Assembly: GCF_000283555.1 (NCBI RefSeq)
Contig: NC_016012.1
Location: forward strand, 475,497 to 507,496
Reading direction: 5' to 3'
DNA length: 32,000 bases
Source of the DNA: Candidatus Arthromitus sp. SFB-rat-Yit
GTDB lineage: Bacteria > Bacillota > Clostridia > Clostridiales > Clostridiaceae
Below are positions 1 through 8,225 of the stretch, one piece after another. Each line of letters opens with the position of its first letter. Within the stretch, counting starts at the first letter, position 1. The translations under genes were made by a program, and so were the position numbers. The notes beneath the pieces were generated by a model. It saw only the letters and a program-made list of their open reading frames with translations, made no database searches and was not told the origin of the DNA.

Positions 1-2850
1 AAATCAAGAGTTTTATTATATGAACATAAGAAAAGTGGAGCTAAGGTTATTCACATAAAGAATAATTCGAAGGTAAAACTTTTTGATATAACATTTAAAG
101 TTCCTACGATTAATAATAAAGGGACTAATCATATTTTGGAGCATATATTTTTTTCGGGGTCTGAGAAATATCCGATTAAAGATGTGTTTCCTGCATTATT
201 TTATTTAAATAATTTGGAATATATAAATGCAGCGACGGACACAAACTATGTTACATATTATGTATCTTCAAGAGATAATAATCAATTAAAGACTATTATT
301 GATTATTATTTAAGTGCTTTATTTTATCCAATAGTGTATAAAGAAGAAAATATTTTTAAACAAGAGGGATGGAGATTTGAACTGGAAGAAATGAATTCTC
401 CATTAAAATTAACTGGAGTTGTTTTAAATGAAATGAAAGGGTATGTTTTTAACAATGAATTTTATAAATCAATTGCAGCTGTAGATAGTTTGTATAAAGG
501 TGCCCCAGGTTCATTTAATGGGGGTGGAGATCCTTATACTATACCAGAATTGACTTTAGAAGAACTTCTAGAATCTCACAAAAAATACTATGTTCCATCA
601 AATTGTTTGGTTATATTATACGGTGATATAAATACAAATGAGGTCCTTAAATTTATGGATAAGGAGCATTTTAGTTTACACGATAGGAAAGAGAAGATTC
701 AAGAATATAATATTAATGAAAATATTAATGAAAAGGTTTATATGAATTTGAAGTATCCCGTGCCAGAGAAAGAAAATAGATACAATAAACATATTTTTGT
801 TAACTCTTTTGCTACAGGAAATATTAACGATGTTAAAGAAAGTTTTGCAATTAAGTTTTTAGTTTCTATGATGGGTGCAGAATTTTCAGGAATAGAAAAA
901 CGATTTAATGAAATGAATATTGGAACGGATTTTTCAATTGATTTTAGAAATGTTGGATCGAAACAATCTTATGTAATGTTCTCTGCTAATTCGGAGAAAG
1001 AACTTGGTGCAGAATTTGAAAAATTCATTTATAAAGAGCTTGAGCATTTTAGGGATAATATTTTAAATGAAGAGTATATTGAAAATTATTATAATATAAC
1101 GAAAAATATTATAAATAAGAAAATAACAGATACACCAGATAGTCTTGTTATGTGGAATATAATAAATGCTTGGTCATCTGGTGGAGATATTATAGATAGC
1201 GTAAGATTTAATGAAAATTTGGAGTATTTAAAAGAGTATGGAGTAGAAGATTTTATCAATATACTTGATATGCATTTTATTAATAACAGACATTCATCGC
1301 TTGTAATACTAGAGCCTGATTTCGGTATAATTGAGGAAAAAGAAAGAATTTTAAGAGAAGGTCTTAACAATTATAAAGAGTCTATGAGTGAAAATGAAAA
1401 AGTTAATTTAATTAACGAAACGAATGAATTTAATTCATGGATTGAACAAGAAGATTCTATGGTTGTGCTTGAAAAATTATCTAACCCATTTAAAAATGAA
1501 CATGATAAACTTGGTGACGCTAAAATTCAGAGTAAAAATGGAATTTATGAATATGTATGGGGAAAAATTTCTGAAAATGATTTTATAAATGTATCTCTCA
1601 ATTTTGATTCACGAACAGTTCCTAAAAGTAAAGTTCATTACTTAGCTTTATTTTCTGATTTAATGAAAGAAGGATTTGGAAGCTTTGATAAGACAAATAT
1701 AGAGCTTATGAGCGATATTAAGCAGACCTTATTTAACCTTAATATAACGTTAGAGGAAAATTTAAATTGTTTTGATGGGAATATTTATAATCCAACCTTT
1801 AAGATATCATTTGATACGAACAAAAATAATTTGGATAAGTCCATAAAATTATTAAATGAGCTTATAAATAATATAAATTTTAAAAATGTTGATCTGTTAC
1901 AAAATAATTTTAATAAGTTGAAGTACTATTATGAATCGAATTTAATTAATCCTAGCATAGTTTATTATGAAATCGATGGTTCAAATTATGATGGTGGTAA
2001 GTATAAAAATTATACGAAAGGATTACCTTATGTAAAATTTTTAATTAATATATTTGGGAAATATGGAGAAGATCATAATTATATACATACTATAAACAAG
2101 GAAATACAAAATGTTAGCAATATAGTATTTAATATAAATAATTTAAAAATTGGTGTGGTTGCAAATAACGATAATTATAAACTCGTTAAAAAGAATTTAG
2201 AGGCAAATTTACTTTGTAATTTAAATAATAGTGTAAATAGAAAATATAAATACAAATTTGATGCAGTTAGAGAAAGAATATCAATAAAAGCTCCATCCAC
2301 AAATGTAACATTGTATGCACTTTTAAATTTTAAAGCTAGCGGTAGAAATTACACACCTAAGTTTTTGGTCGCAGAATCAATTTTAGGGGAATATCTCTAT
2401 AGAAATATAAGAGTTAAGAATGGTGCATATCAAGTTAATTCATTAGCTACAACTCAAGGAACATTTGCAGTTGTTGCAGGATTTTCTCCAGTTTTGAAAG
2501 AACAAATAAGAGTTATAAATAATATAGGCAATTATTTAAGTGAGATAGATATAAGTGAATCTTTGCTTGAAAAATATAAAACTATAACAATTTCATCTCT
2601 TGCAACCAGCTGTGATGAAATTGATAGGGCAAAGACTGAAGTACATAATTATTTAACAGGAATGAAAAAGAAAGATTTTAAAAATATGATAGATGAAATT
2701 AAATCAACAACAATTCAGGATATTAAGAGTATTGGGAAAACTATCTCAGATATCGGATTTAATAAGATAGGTGTATTTGGGAATGTAAATATAATAGAAG
2801 ATAGTAGCAAAAATTTTAGCAATATATTTACTTTACCAATTAAAGAATAA
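1..2850 (+). CDS. M16-family zinc metallopeptidase (insulinase/pitrilysin-like, long PreP/M16C-type); 5' end lies outside the window
   Basis: Frame 1 is open from nt 1 with no stop. The ORF-track start at 136 is therefore an artefact: that TTG is the Leu inside the inverted zinc-binding motif HxxEH (H-I-L-E-H, nt 130-144). A length above 900 aa fits the long M16C subgroup. A hairpin terminator follows at 2855-2888. Confidence 0.85.
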   Translation, partial: KSRVLLYEHKKSGAKVIHIKNNSKVKLFDITFKVPTINNKGTNHILEHIFFSGSEKYPIKDVFPALFYLNNLEYINAATDTNYVTYYVSSRDNNQLKTIIDYYLSALFYPIVYKEENIFKQEGWRFELEEMNSPLKLTGVVLNEMKGYVFNNEFYKSIAAVDSLYKGAPGSFNGGGDPYTIPELTLEELLESHKKYYVPSNCLVILYGDINTNEVLKFMDKEHFSLHDRKEKIQEYNINENINEKVYMNLKYPVPEKENRYNKHIFVNSFATGNINDVKESFAIKFLVSMMGAEFSGIEKRFNEMNIGTDFSIDFRNVGSKQSYVMFSANSEKELGAEFEKFIYKELEHFRDNILNEEYIENYYNITKNIINKKITDTPDSLVMWNIINAWSSGGDIIDSVRFNENLEYLKEYGVEDFINILDMHFINNRHSSLVILEPDFGIIEEKERILREGLNNYKESMSENEKVNLINETNEFNSWIEQEDSMVVLEKLSNPFKNEHDKLGDAKIQSKNGIYEYVWGKISENDFINVSLNFDSRTVPKSKVHYLALFSDLMKEGFGSFDKTNIELMSDIKQTLFNLNITLEENLNCFDGNIYNPTFKISFDTNKNNLDKSIKLLNELINNINFKNVDLLQNNFNKLKYYYESNLINPSIVYYEIDGSNYDGGKYKNYTKGLPYVKFLINIFGKYGEDHNYIHTINKEIQNVSNIVFNINNLKIGVVANNDNYKLVKKNLEANLLCNLNNSVNRKYKYKFDAVRERISIKAPSTNVTLYALLNFKASGRNYTPKFLVAESILGEYLYRNIRVKNGAYQVNSLATTQGTFAVVAGFSPVLKEQIRVINNIGNYLSEIDISESLLEKYKTITISSLATSCDEIDRAKTEVHNYLTGMKKKDFKNMIDEIKSTTIQDIKSIGKTISDIGFNKIGVFGNVNIIEDSSKNFSNIFTLPIKE

Positions 2851-2854
2851 TTTT

Positions 2855-2888
2855 AAGGCATATCAAGTTAATTTGATATGCCTTTTTA
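2855..2888 (+). terminator. Rho-independent terminator after the M16 peptidase gene
   Basis: 12-bp perfect stem aaggcatatcaa / ttgatatgcctt (2855-2866 / 2873-2884), 6-nt loop, followed by a T-run. Confidence 0.8.
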
Positions 2889-2905
2889 TTTGTATTTAAC
2901 AAGTA

Positions 2906-2933
2906 ACAATTAATATTAAATTTTCATATAGTA
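2906..2933 (+). promoter_or_regulatory. Candidate sigma-K-type (late mother-cell) promoter for the CotS-like operon
   Basis: AC (2906-2907), a 17-nt spacer, then CATAtagTA (2925-2933). This matches the B. subtilis sigma-K consensus AC-N16/17-CATAnnnTA and sits about 32 nt upstream of the ATG at 2965. AT-rich DNA makes chance matches plausible. Confidence 0.35.
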
Positions 2934-2964
2934 ATCATGTACTTAAATTGTAGAGAGGCTATTC

Positions 2965-3969
2965 ATGGATCAATATGTAAGAGATTTGAAGAGAGTAGTA
3001 GAGGTAAATTATGACATAACAATATTTGATATAATTAAATTTAAAAATGTTTATAAAATATCGGCTGTTGAAGGGAATTTTTGTTTAAAACAATGTAAAT
3101 GTAAATTTGATAAATTTAAATATATATTGGATGTTCTTGATTATTTGAAAAAACAGGAATTTGATAATATTTTAAGTATAGTTGAAACATATTCAGAGGA
3201 ACAATACATTGAGTTTAATGATGTTTATTTTTACATGACCGAATGGATCGAAAGTCGGGAATTAAATTATAGTAACTATTATGATATTATACGTGCATCA
3301 CAAAATATTGGTAATTTTCATAATTATACACAAGGATATAAACCATCGAAAAATATTTTACCAGATTATAGGTGGATGAAGTGGGGAGACATATTCAATT
3401 TAAAGCTTATGGATATTATTTCATTTAAAGAATCTTTGAAATATAGAAGTGATTTGGATATATTTGATAGGATTTATTTAGAAAATGCAGATAAGAATAT
3501 TGATTTAGCAAAGGAAAGCATTGAACTATTATATAAATTTGAGTATGAAAAAATTGTAAAAGAACATTTTGAGATAGGTTATATTTGTCACCATGATTTG
3601 GCAAATCATAATGTTTTAATTGATTCAAAAGGGAAAATTTATTTTATAGATTTTGATTATGTTATTTTAGATACCTATCTTCATGATTTAGGAAGTTTTA
3701 TTAATCGATGCTTAAAGCTTGGGAGTTGGAATGAATATAAACTAAATTTGATAATTAATTCTTATAGGGATATTAAACGTTTACCTAAACGTGAAATTTT
3801 ACTTACACTTTCTTTTATATTATTTCCAAATGACTTTTGGCAAATAGGAATTCAACGTTATAGAGAAAATATTAGATGGAGTGATGAAAGGTTTTTAAAG
3901 CGTTTGAATAGATCCGAAAATGATAAGCAAGACAAGACGAATTTTATAAAAAGTATAATTTTTAAATAG
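2965..3969 (+). CDS. cotS: CotS-family spore coat protein kinase (aminoglycoside-phosphotransferase-like fold), catalytic motifs intact
   Basis: ATG preceded by an AGAGAGG RBS. Catalytic loop H-H-D-L-A-N-H-N (HxDxxxxN) and metal-binding I-D-F-D-Y are present. N-lobe Lys lies in NFCLKQ. The 334-aa size is typical of CotS/CotI/YutH proteins. Confidence 0.8.
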   Translation: MDQYVRDLKRVVEVNYDITIFDIIKFKNVYKISAVEGNFCLKQCKCKFDKFKYILDVLDYLKKQEFDNILSIVETYSEEQYIEFNDVYFYMTEWIESRELNYSNYYDIIRASQNIGNFHNYTQGYKPSKNILPDYRWMKWGDIFNLKLMDIISFKESLKYRSDLDIFDRIYLENADKNIDLAKESIELLYKFEYEKIVKEHFEIGYICHHDLANHNVLIDSKGKIYFIDFDYVILDTYLHDLGSFINRCLKLGSWNEYKLNLIINSYRDIKRLPKREILLTLSFILFPNDFWQIGIQRYRENIRWSDERFLKRLNRSENDKQDKTNFIKSIIFK

Positions 3970-3985
3970 TTGTGTAGGAGTTCTT

Positions 3986-4714
3986 ATGAGTTTAAAAAGT
4001 TTTGCTATCTCAAAAAAGGTATATGAATTTAAAGAACTTGGGAAAAACAGGATTAGGAGTTATACAAATGGTGCCATTTTTGAGCATATTAACATACTTT
4101 CTGATTTACATGGGCGTTTGAAAGGTTGTCCAATACCGTTGAATAATTTGGTTAATAAAATGGTAGATAATTTTAAATTTGCTGAAATTATGTTAAATCA
4201 AGACATAAACAGGTATAAGATTAATCCTAAAAATGAATTTGAAGAAAATGTATCACAACTTGGTGAAGGTGTACTTTTTAGGATAAGAAGGATACTTAGT
4301 ATAATACATGAAAATAATTATGAAAACCTCATTTTAAGGAGTATGAAAAATAAAGAAGTGTGTGTTTATAATGTTGGACTTAGCGATCTTTATGTTGATT
4401 CAGATTCCAAAATATATGTTAGAAATATAAATGATTTTTGTGAAAATATTGTAGAGTATGATTATGTTAAATTTTTTACTAGACTTAAAAGATTGAACAA
4501 GGATGTTGAATTTATTAAAATGTGTTCTTATGTTTGTAGTAAAGAAGATTTAGGAATTGACAGCTATAATTTTATATTGGCTTGTACAAGTTTTCCTTAT
4601 GAGTTTGTGAGAGTTATATCAAGATATAGGGATTTGGGGCGAGAATTATCTAATTACTCTAAAGAATGCAATTTTGATAATGTTTTAAGTAAAGATGGAG
4701 ATAGTCTTATATGA
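3986..4714 (+). CDS. Hypothetical protein, CotS-related C-lobe-only paralog without catalytic residues
   Basis: TAGGAG RBS 5 nt upstream and a 16-nt gap after the previous gene. The region EVCVYNVGLSDLYVD...IYVRNINDFCE lines up with the HxDxxxxN and IDFD segments of CotS proteins, but the His, Asp and Asn are replaced. There is no N-lobe-like segment (242 aa). Confidence 0.5.
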   Translation: MSLKSFAISKKVYEFKELGKNRIRSYTNGAIFEHINILSDLHGRLKGCPIPLNNLVNKMVDNFKFAEIMLNQDINRYKINPKNEFEENVSQLGEGVLFRIRRILSIIHENNYENLILRSMKNKEVCVYNVGLSDLYVDSDSKIYVRNINDFCENIVEYDYVKFFTRLKRLNKDVEFIKMCSYVCSKEDLGIDSYNFILACTSFPYEFVRVISRYRDLGRELSNYSKECNFDNVLSKDGDSLI

Positions 4715-5757
4715 TTAATCCTAATTTTTGTATTTTAAATTTGAATGAATATAATTTATCTTATGATTTTTTGAAAATTGTTGTTGGGATAGATGTAAGT
4801 GAATGTTATCCATACAAAAATGGATTTTTTATGGTTGATCAGAATGGAAATAAATATTTACTCTTTAAAATTTTTAAGGAAGATGTGGGAAAATACATTC
4901 AAATATTTGAGGTTTTGAAAAATATAAATTCTTCAAACAAATTGATTCAAGATATGTATTGTTTTAATGGGAAAAAATATTTTACAGATAACATTACAAA
5001 TGAAGATTATATTGTTTTTAATTATCCAAATGGAGAACATAATAAATGGAATGATTTTGATTTTAATTTAATCAAAGAAATTTTAATTGATTTTTATAAT
5101 GCATCTAGGGACATTTTGAAAGATTATTATAATTTCAATTTAAAAGAAGATGTAAAATTATTGACCATAGGTGATGAGATAAAATATATAGATAATCATC
5201 TTTTAAATATACAAAATATAGAGATGTTTATTTTGTACAAGCACAGAAAAAATAAGATTGATAATTTGTTTTTAGAAAATAAGATTTATATGGAAGATGA
5301 GCTTATAAAAATTAGGGAGTTTTTTACTAGTTATAAATTTAAGAATTATGTAAGTGATTATAAAAATATAAGATTTATAAATGGAAATCTATCAAATAAA
5401 TCTTTTGTATTTAATGACGGAAAGTGTTATATGGCAAACTTCTATAATGCTTCTATTGATTTGTTTGTTAAAGATATAGCTGTGTTATCTGAAAAGGTAA
5501 TTTTTAATTTTAATATAGATAGATTCAAAACATTTCTTATAGATTTCTTAAATAATTTTGAAGGAGATATTAAAGAACATTTAGAGGTATTATTTAATTA
5601 TATAAAACTCAATAACCGTATGTTTAAGTGGTTTGATAACCAATATAAAGATGATTATCATAATAGTAATAATTCTGATTTGGATAATAAAATGCAAGAA
5701 ATAAGTGATTACAAACAAAAAAGAAATTATTTTATAAATAAAGTATCCTTCACTTAG
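4711..5757 (+). CDS. CotS-family-like protein with degenerate catalytic loop (putative pseudokinase / coat protein)
   Basis: The start overlaps the upstream stop (ATGA, 4711-4714), which suggests translational coupling. An N-lobe-like NKYLLFKIF is present. The catalytic-loop position reads I-N-G-N-L-S-N-K-S-F and the DFD position reads A-N-F-Y-N-A. The 348-aa length is like CotS. Confidence 0.55.
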   Translation: MINPNFCILNLNEYNLSYDFLKIVVGIDVSECYPYKNGFFMVDQNGNKYLLFKIFKEDVGKYIQIFEVLKNINSSNKLIQDMYCFNGKKYFTDNITNEDYIVFNYPNGEHNKWNDFDFNLIKEILIDFYNASRDILKDYYNFNLKEDVKLLTIGDEIKYIDNHLLNIQNIEMFILYKHRKNKIDNLFLENKIYMEDELIKIREFFTSYKFKNYVSDYKNIRFINGNLSNKSFVFNDGKCYMANFYNASIDLFVKDIAVLSEKVIFNFNIDRFKTFLIDFLNNFEGDIKEHLEVLFNYIKLNNRMFKWFDNQYKDDYHNSNNSDLDNKMQEISDYKQKRNYFINKVSFT

Positions 5758-5769
5758 AGTGAAGGATAC
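5743..5769. terminator. Bidirectional hairpin between convergent genes (CotS-like operon / phosphatase)
   Basis: 12-bp perfect stem gtatccttcact / agtgaaggatac whose 3-nt loop is the TAG stop codon (5755-5757). A T-run lies downstream on the + strand. The hairpin ends 1 nt before the stop of the minus-strand gene. Confidence 0.7.
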
Positions 5770-5770
5770 T

Positions 5771-6232
5771 TTATAGTTTTTTATCGTTTATAATATGTTC
5801 CAAAATAGAATCACATCCAGCCTTAATAAGCTCGAAGGTTAAATTAAAATCTCCAGTATAATAAGGGTCAGGAACAAAATTATGAGATGAATTTTTGATA
5901 AAATCTGTTAACTTATGTATTTTTATGTTAGGATTTATATTTGTTACATCACGCATATTTGAATCATCCATAACAATTATATAATCGTTTGTACTTAAAT
6001 CTTTTTCTGTAAGTTTTTTAGATATGATATTTGAAAAATCTATATTTAATTTATTAAGGATTGTTTGAGTTCCATGATGAGGGGGATTACCTACGTTATA
6101 ACTAGATGTAGCTCTAGATGATACGTTGATTTTATCACTAAGATTATTTTGTTTAATGATATGTCTCATATAAGCTTCACTCATTGGAGATCTACAAATA
6201 TTACCTAAACATATAAATAAAACATTGACCAA
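5771..6232 (-). CDS. Low-molecular-weight protein tyrosine phosphatase (LMW-PTP; YfkJ/YwlE-like)
   Basis: P-loop C-L-G-N-I-C-R-S-P (CX5R-S) sits near the N-terminus, with a D-P-Y-Y general-acid motif near the C-terminus. I prefer the TTG start at 6232 because GAGGTG lies 6 nt upstream. The ORF-track GTG at 6241 is itself part of that RBS-like sequence. Confidence 0.85.
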   Translation of the reverse strand: MVNVLFICLGNICRSPMSEAYMRHIIKQNNLSDKINVSSRATSSYNVGNPPHHGTQTILNKLNIDFSNIISKKLTEKDLSTNDYIIVMDDSNMRDVTNINPNIKIHKLTDFIKNSSHNFVPDPYYTGDFNLTFELIKAGCDSILEHIINDKKL

Positions 6233-6262
6233 ATTAATCACCTCAAATATAATTTTCTTATG

Positions 6263-6271
6263 ATTATAACA
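6263..6271 (-). promoter_or_regulatory. Candidate extended -10 promoter element for the phosphatase gene
   Basis: The minus strand reads TGtTATAAT (reverse complement of 6263-6271), about 25-30 nt upstream of the start. No convincing -35 element was seen. Confidence 0.3.
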
Positions 6272-6380
6272 TAATTACAAATGAGTATTGGGTTTTTATT
6301 ATTATGTTTGTATAAAATTAAGTATAGACTCAAATACTAATTATTAATATTATAATCAGTAATAGAGGTGATGGTAGAAA

Positions 6381-7205
6381 GTGTACATATATTCACATTT
6401 AAATATAACGGATGTTTTAGAAATAATTAGAAAAGTAAATCCCGTAAAGATATTAGACGTTAATGTTGGTTTTGGACGTTGGGGAATTTTATGCCGAGAA
6501 TTATTAGAGCGAGATAACATGGGAAAGGTTCGAAGACCTGACTTATGGAATATTAAAATAGATGGGATAGAAAATATTACTAGTTCTTATATACAAACTT
6601 ATCATGATATTTTCTATGATAATATATATAGGCAAGATTTAGAGGGGTTTTTAAAAAATCACTTAGCTTTATATGATTTGACTATCTTTTCACACGTATT
6701 GGAATATAGATCAAGAGAAGAAAGTATAAGAATGTTAAGTAATGCAATGGGAATATCAAGATTTATATTGATCTATGTTAAACTTGGAAAACACAATAAA
6801 CAATATACACCAGATGAAATACAAGTTAGTGTATGGGAAAAAGAAGATTTTGAAGGGTATGATGTTGTTAATAATATAATTTTAAATGATAGATATGGGA
6901 ATAAATATGGAATTTTTTTAATTGAGTGTAATACGATTAAGCGTATATATAATAAAAATGTTGTGATATATGGAATTGATGAGTATTTTGATTTATGTGT
7001 TAAGCCATTCATAGATGAAAATAAAATTATATGCTTTATGGAAGAAAATGTTTTTAAACAAGGACTCTTTCATATGGGGAAGATAATTCATACTATAAAG
7101 GGAGTTAAAAAAATAAAGGATGATTTTATAATAATAATAGCTAGCGTGTTTTATAGAGATATAAAAAAGAAGCTTGAAGCAGCTAGTTTATACAATTTTA
7201 TATAA
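6381..7205 (+). CDS. Putative class I SAM-dependent methyltransferase with an extra C-terminal Rossmann-like segment
   Basis: GTG start with GAGGTGA 9 nt upstream; there is no nearby in-frame ATG. Motif I-like I-L-D-V-N-V-G-F-G-R-W-G, then YDLTIFSHVLEY (motif IV/post-II-like). The C-terminal roughly 90 aa begins VVIYGIDEY, which resembles a nucleotide-binding beta-alpha-beta start. Confidence 0.55.
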   Translation: MYIYSHLNITDVLEIIRKVNPVKILDVNVGFGRWGILCRELLERDNMGKVRRPDLWNIKIDGIENITSSYIQTYHDIFYDNIYRQDLEGFLKNHLALYDLTIFSHVLEYRSREESIRMLSNAMGISRFILIYVKLGKHNKQYTPDEIQVSVWEKEDFEGYDVVNNIILNDRYGNKYGIFLIECNTIKRIYNKNVVIYGIDEYFDLCVKPFIDENKIICFMEENVFKQGLFHMGKIIHTIKGVKKIKDDFIIIIASVFYRDIKKKLEAASLYNFI

Positions 7206-7223
7206 TTGTGGTATTTGATTTTG

Positions 7224-7249
7224 ACACAGGATTTAATTCTTGTGTTTTA
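7224..7249 (+). terminator. Rho-independent terminator after the methyltransferase-like gene
   Basis: 8-bp stem acacagga / tcttgtgt (one G-U pair), 6-nt loop, then tttt. Confidence 0.5.
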
Positions 7250-7367
7250 TTATTTTTTTTGTGATTTATGTTTTACAAATAAATATTTTAAATAATGTTG
7301 TAAATTGGTTAAAGTTTTAATAAAGAATAACATCTATTAAATTATTTGTTTGAGGGAGATTAATATT

Positions 7368-7922
7368 ATGGTTGATTTAAGTACAGAGGTAATTACTGGA
7401 AGAGTTTGTTTTGATGATGTAAATATTTGGAAAGATAAGGCTATTAATGTAGACAATTTTGAATATTCAGTGTGCTTATTAATACCCAAATCAGATGGTA
7501 AGACATTAAGTGATATTAGAAAAGCTATAGAAAATGCAAAAAAAATAGGAATAAATATTTTAGATAATAAATTGAATTTAAATATTGAAAGTCCGTTAAA
7601 AGATGGACTTGAGAAATCTAAAGATGAAATTTATAAAGGTTGTTATTTTATAAATGCCATTAACATCAACCAGCCAGTTATATTGGATAAATTTAATAAA
7701 CCAATTAATAATAAAGAAGAATTTTATAATGGATGTTATGGATATGCTTCAATTAATTTTTACGCTTTTAATGATAATGTGAATAAGGGTATAACATGTA
7801 AAATCAATACTATTATAAAGACTGATGATGGAGATTTACAGAATAATAAGTTAAATGATTTGGTAGATATGTCTTGTATAGAAGCTATAAAATTAGAGGG
7901 TAGTGGAAGTTTTATGGTTTAG
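7368..7922 (+). CDS. DUF2815-family protein (phage-type single-stranded-DNA-binding-like protein)
   Basis: I prefer the ATG at 7368 because a GAGGGAG RBS lies upstream. The track TTG at 7350 overlaps that RBS. N-terminal VITGRV...YSVCLLIPKSD..T...I..AIE.AK and C-terminal FYNGCYGYASINFYAFN...NKGI.C match my recollection of the DUF2815 family found in phage replication modules. Confidence 0.7.
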   Translation: MVDLSTEVITGRVCFDDVNIWKDKAINVDNFEYSVCLLIPKSDGKTLSDIRKAIENAKKIGINILDNKLNLNIESPLKDGLEKSKDEIYKGCYFINAININQPVILDKFNKPINNKEEFYNGCYGYASINFYAFNDNVNKGITCKINTIIKTDDGDLQNNKLNDLVDMSCIEAIKLEGSGSFMV

Positions 7923-7991
7923 TTAAATTATAAAGTTTAAGGATAATATTAAGTTTTGAGATTTTGAAATTTGTTTGTTACGAGTATCTAA

Positions 7992-8023
7992 TAGGGTAAA
8001 TCTAAGAGATTTACCCTATTTTT
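7992..8023 (+). terminator. Rho-independent terminator after the DUF2815 gene
   Basis: 12-bp perfect stem tagggtaaatct / agatttacccta, 3-nt loop, then ttttt. Confidence 0.8.
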
Positions 8024-8225
8024 CTGTAAAAAGATACAATAATATTAAGATAATATTATTAAAAGATACTATTTTTTAATATTTAAGCATTAAAAGATAT
8101 TAATTTTTAATAATTTCTTAAATAGAAATTACTATTTCAAAAATTTATATGGATATATAATTAAAACATCAAGTAGGACAAACAAAATTTAAAAATAAGA
8201 AATAAAAGTTTAGGAGATGTTTAAT

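Noticed and set aside
136-138. ORF-track start codon of the first gene at 136.
   Set aside because: The TTG at 136 encodes the Leu inside the H-I-L-E-H zinc-binding motif, and the frame stays open back to nt 1. The gene is therefore truncated by the window edge and does not start here.
7368-7922. DUF2815 gene considered as evidence for a prophage or other mobile element.
   Set aside because: No integrase, recombinase, terminase, capsid or replication genes and no flanking direct repeats are visible in the window. I do not call a mobile element; only the single gene is phage-like.
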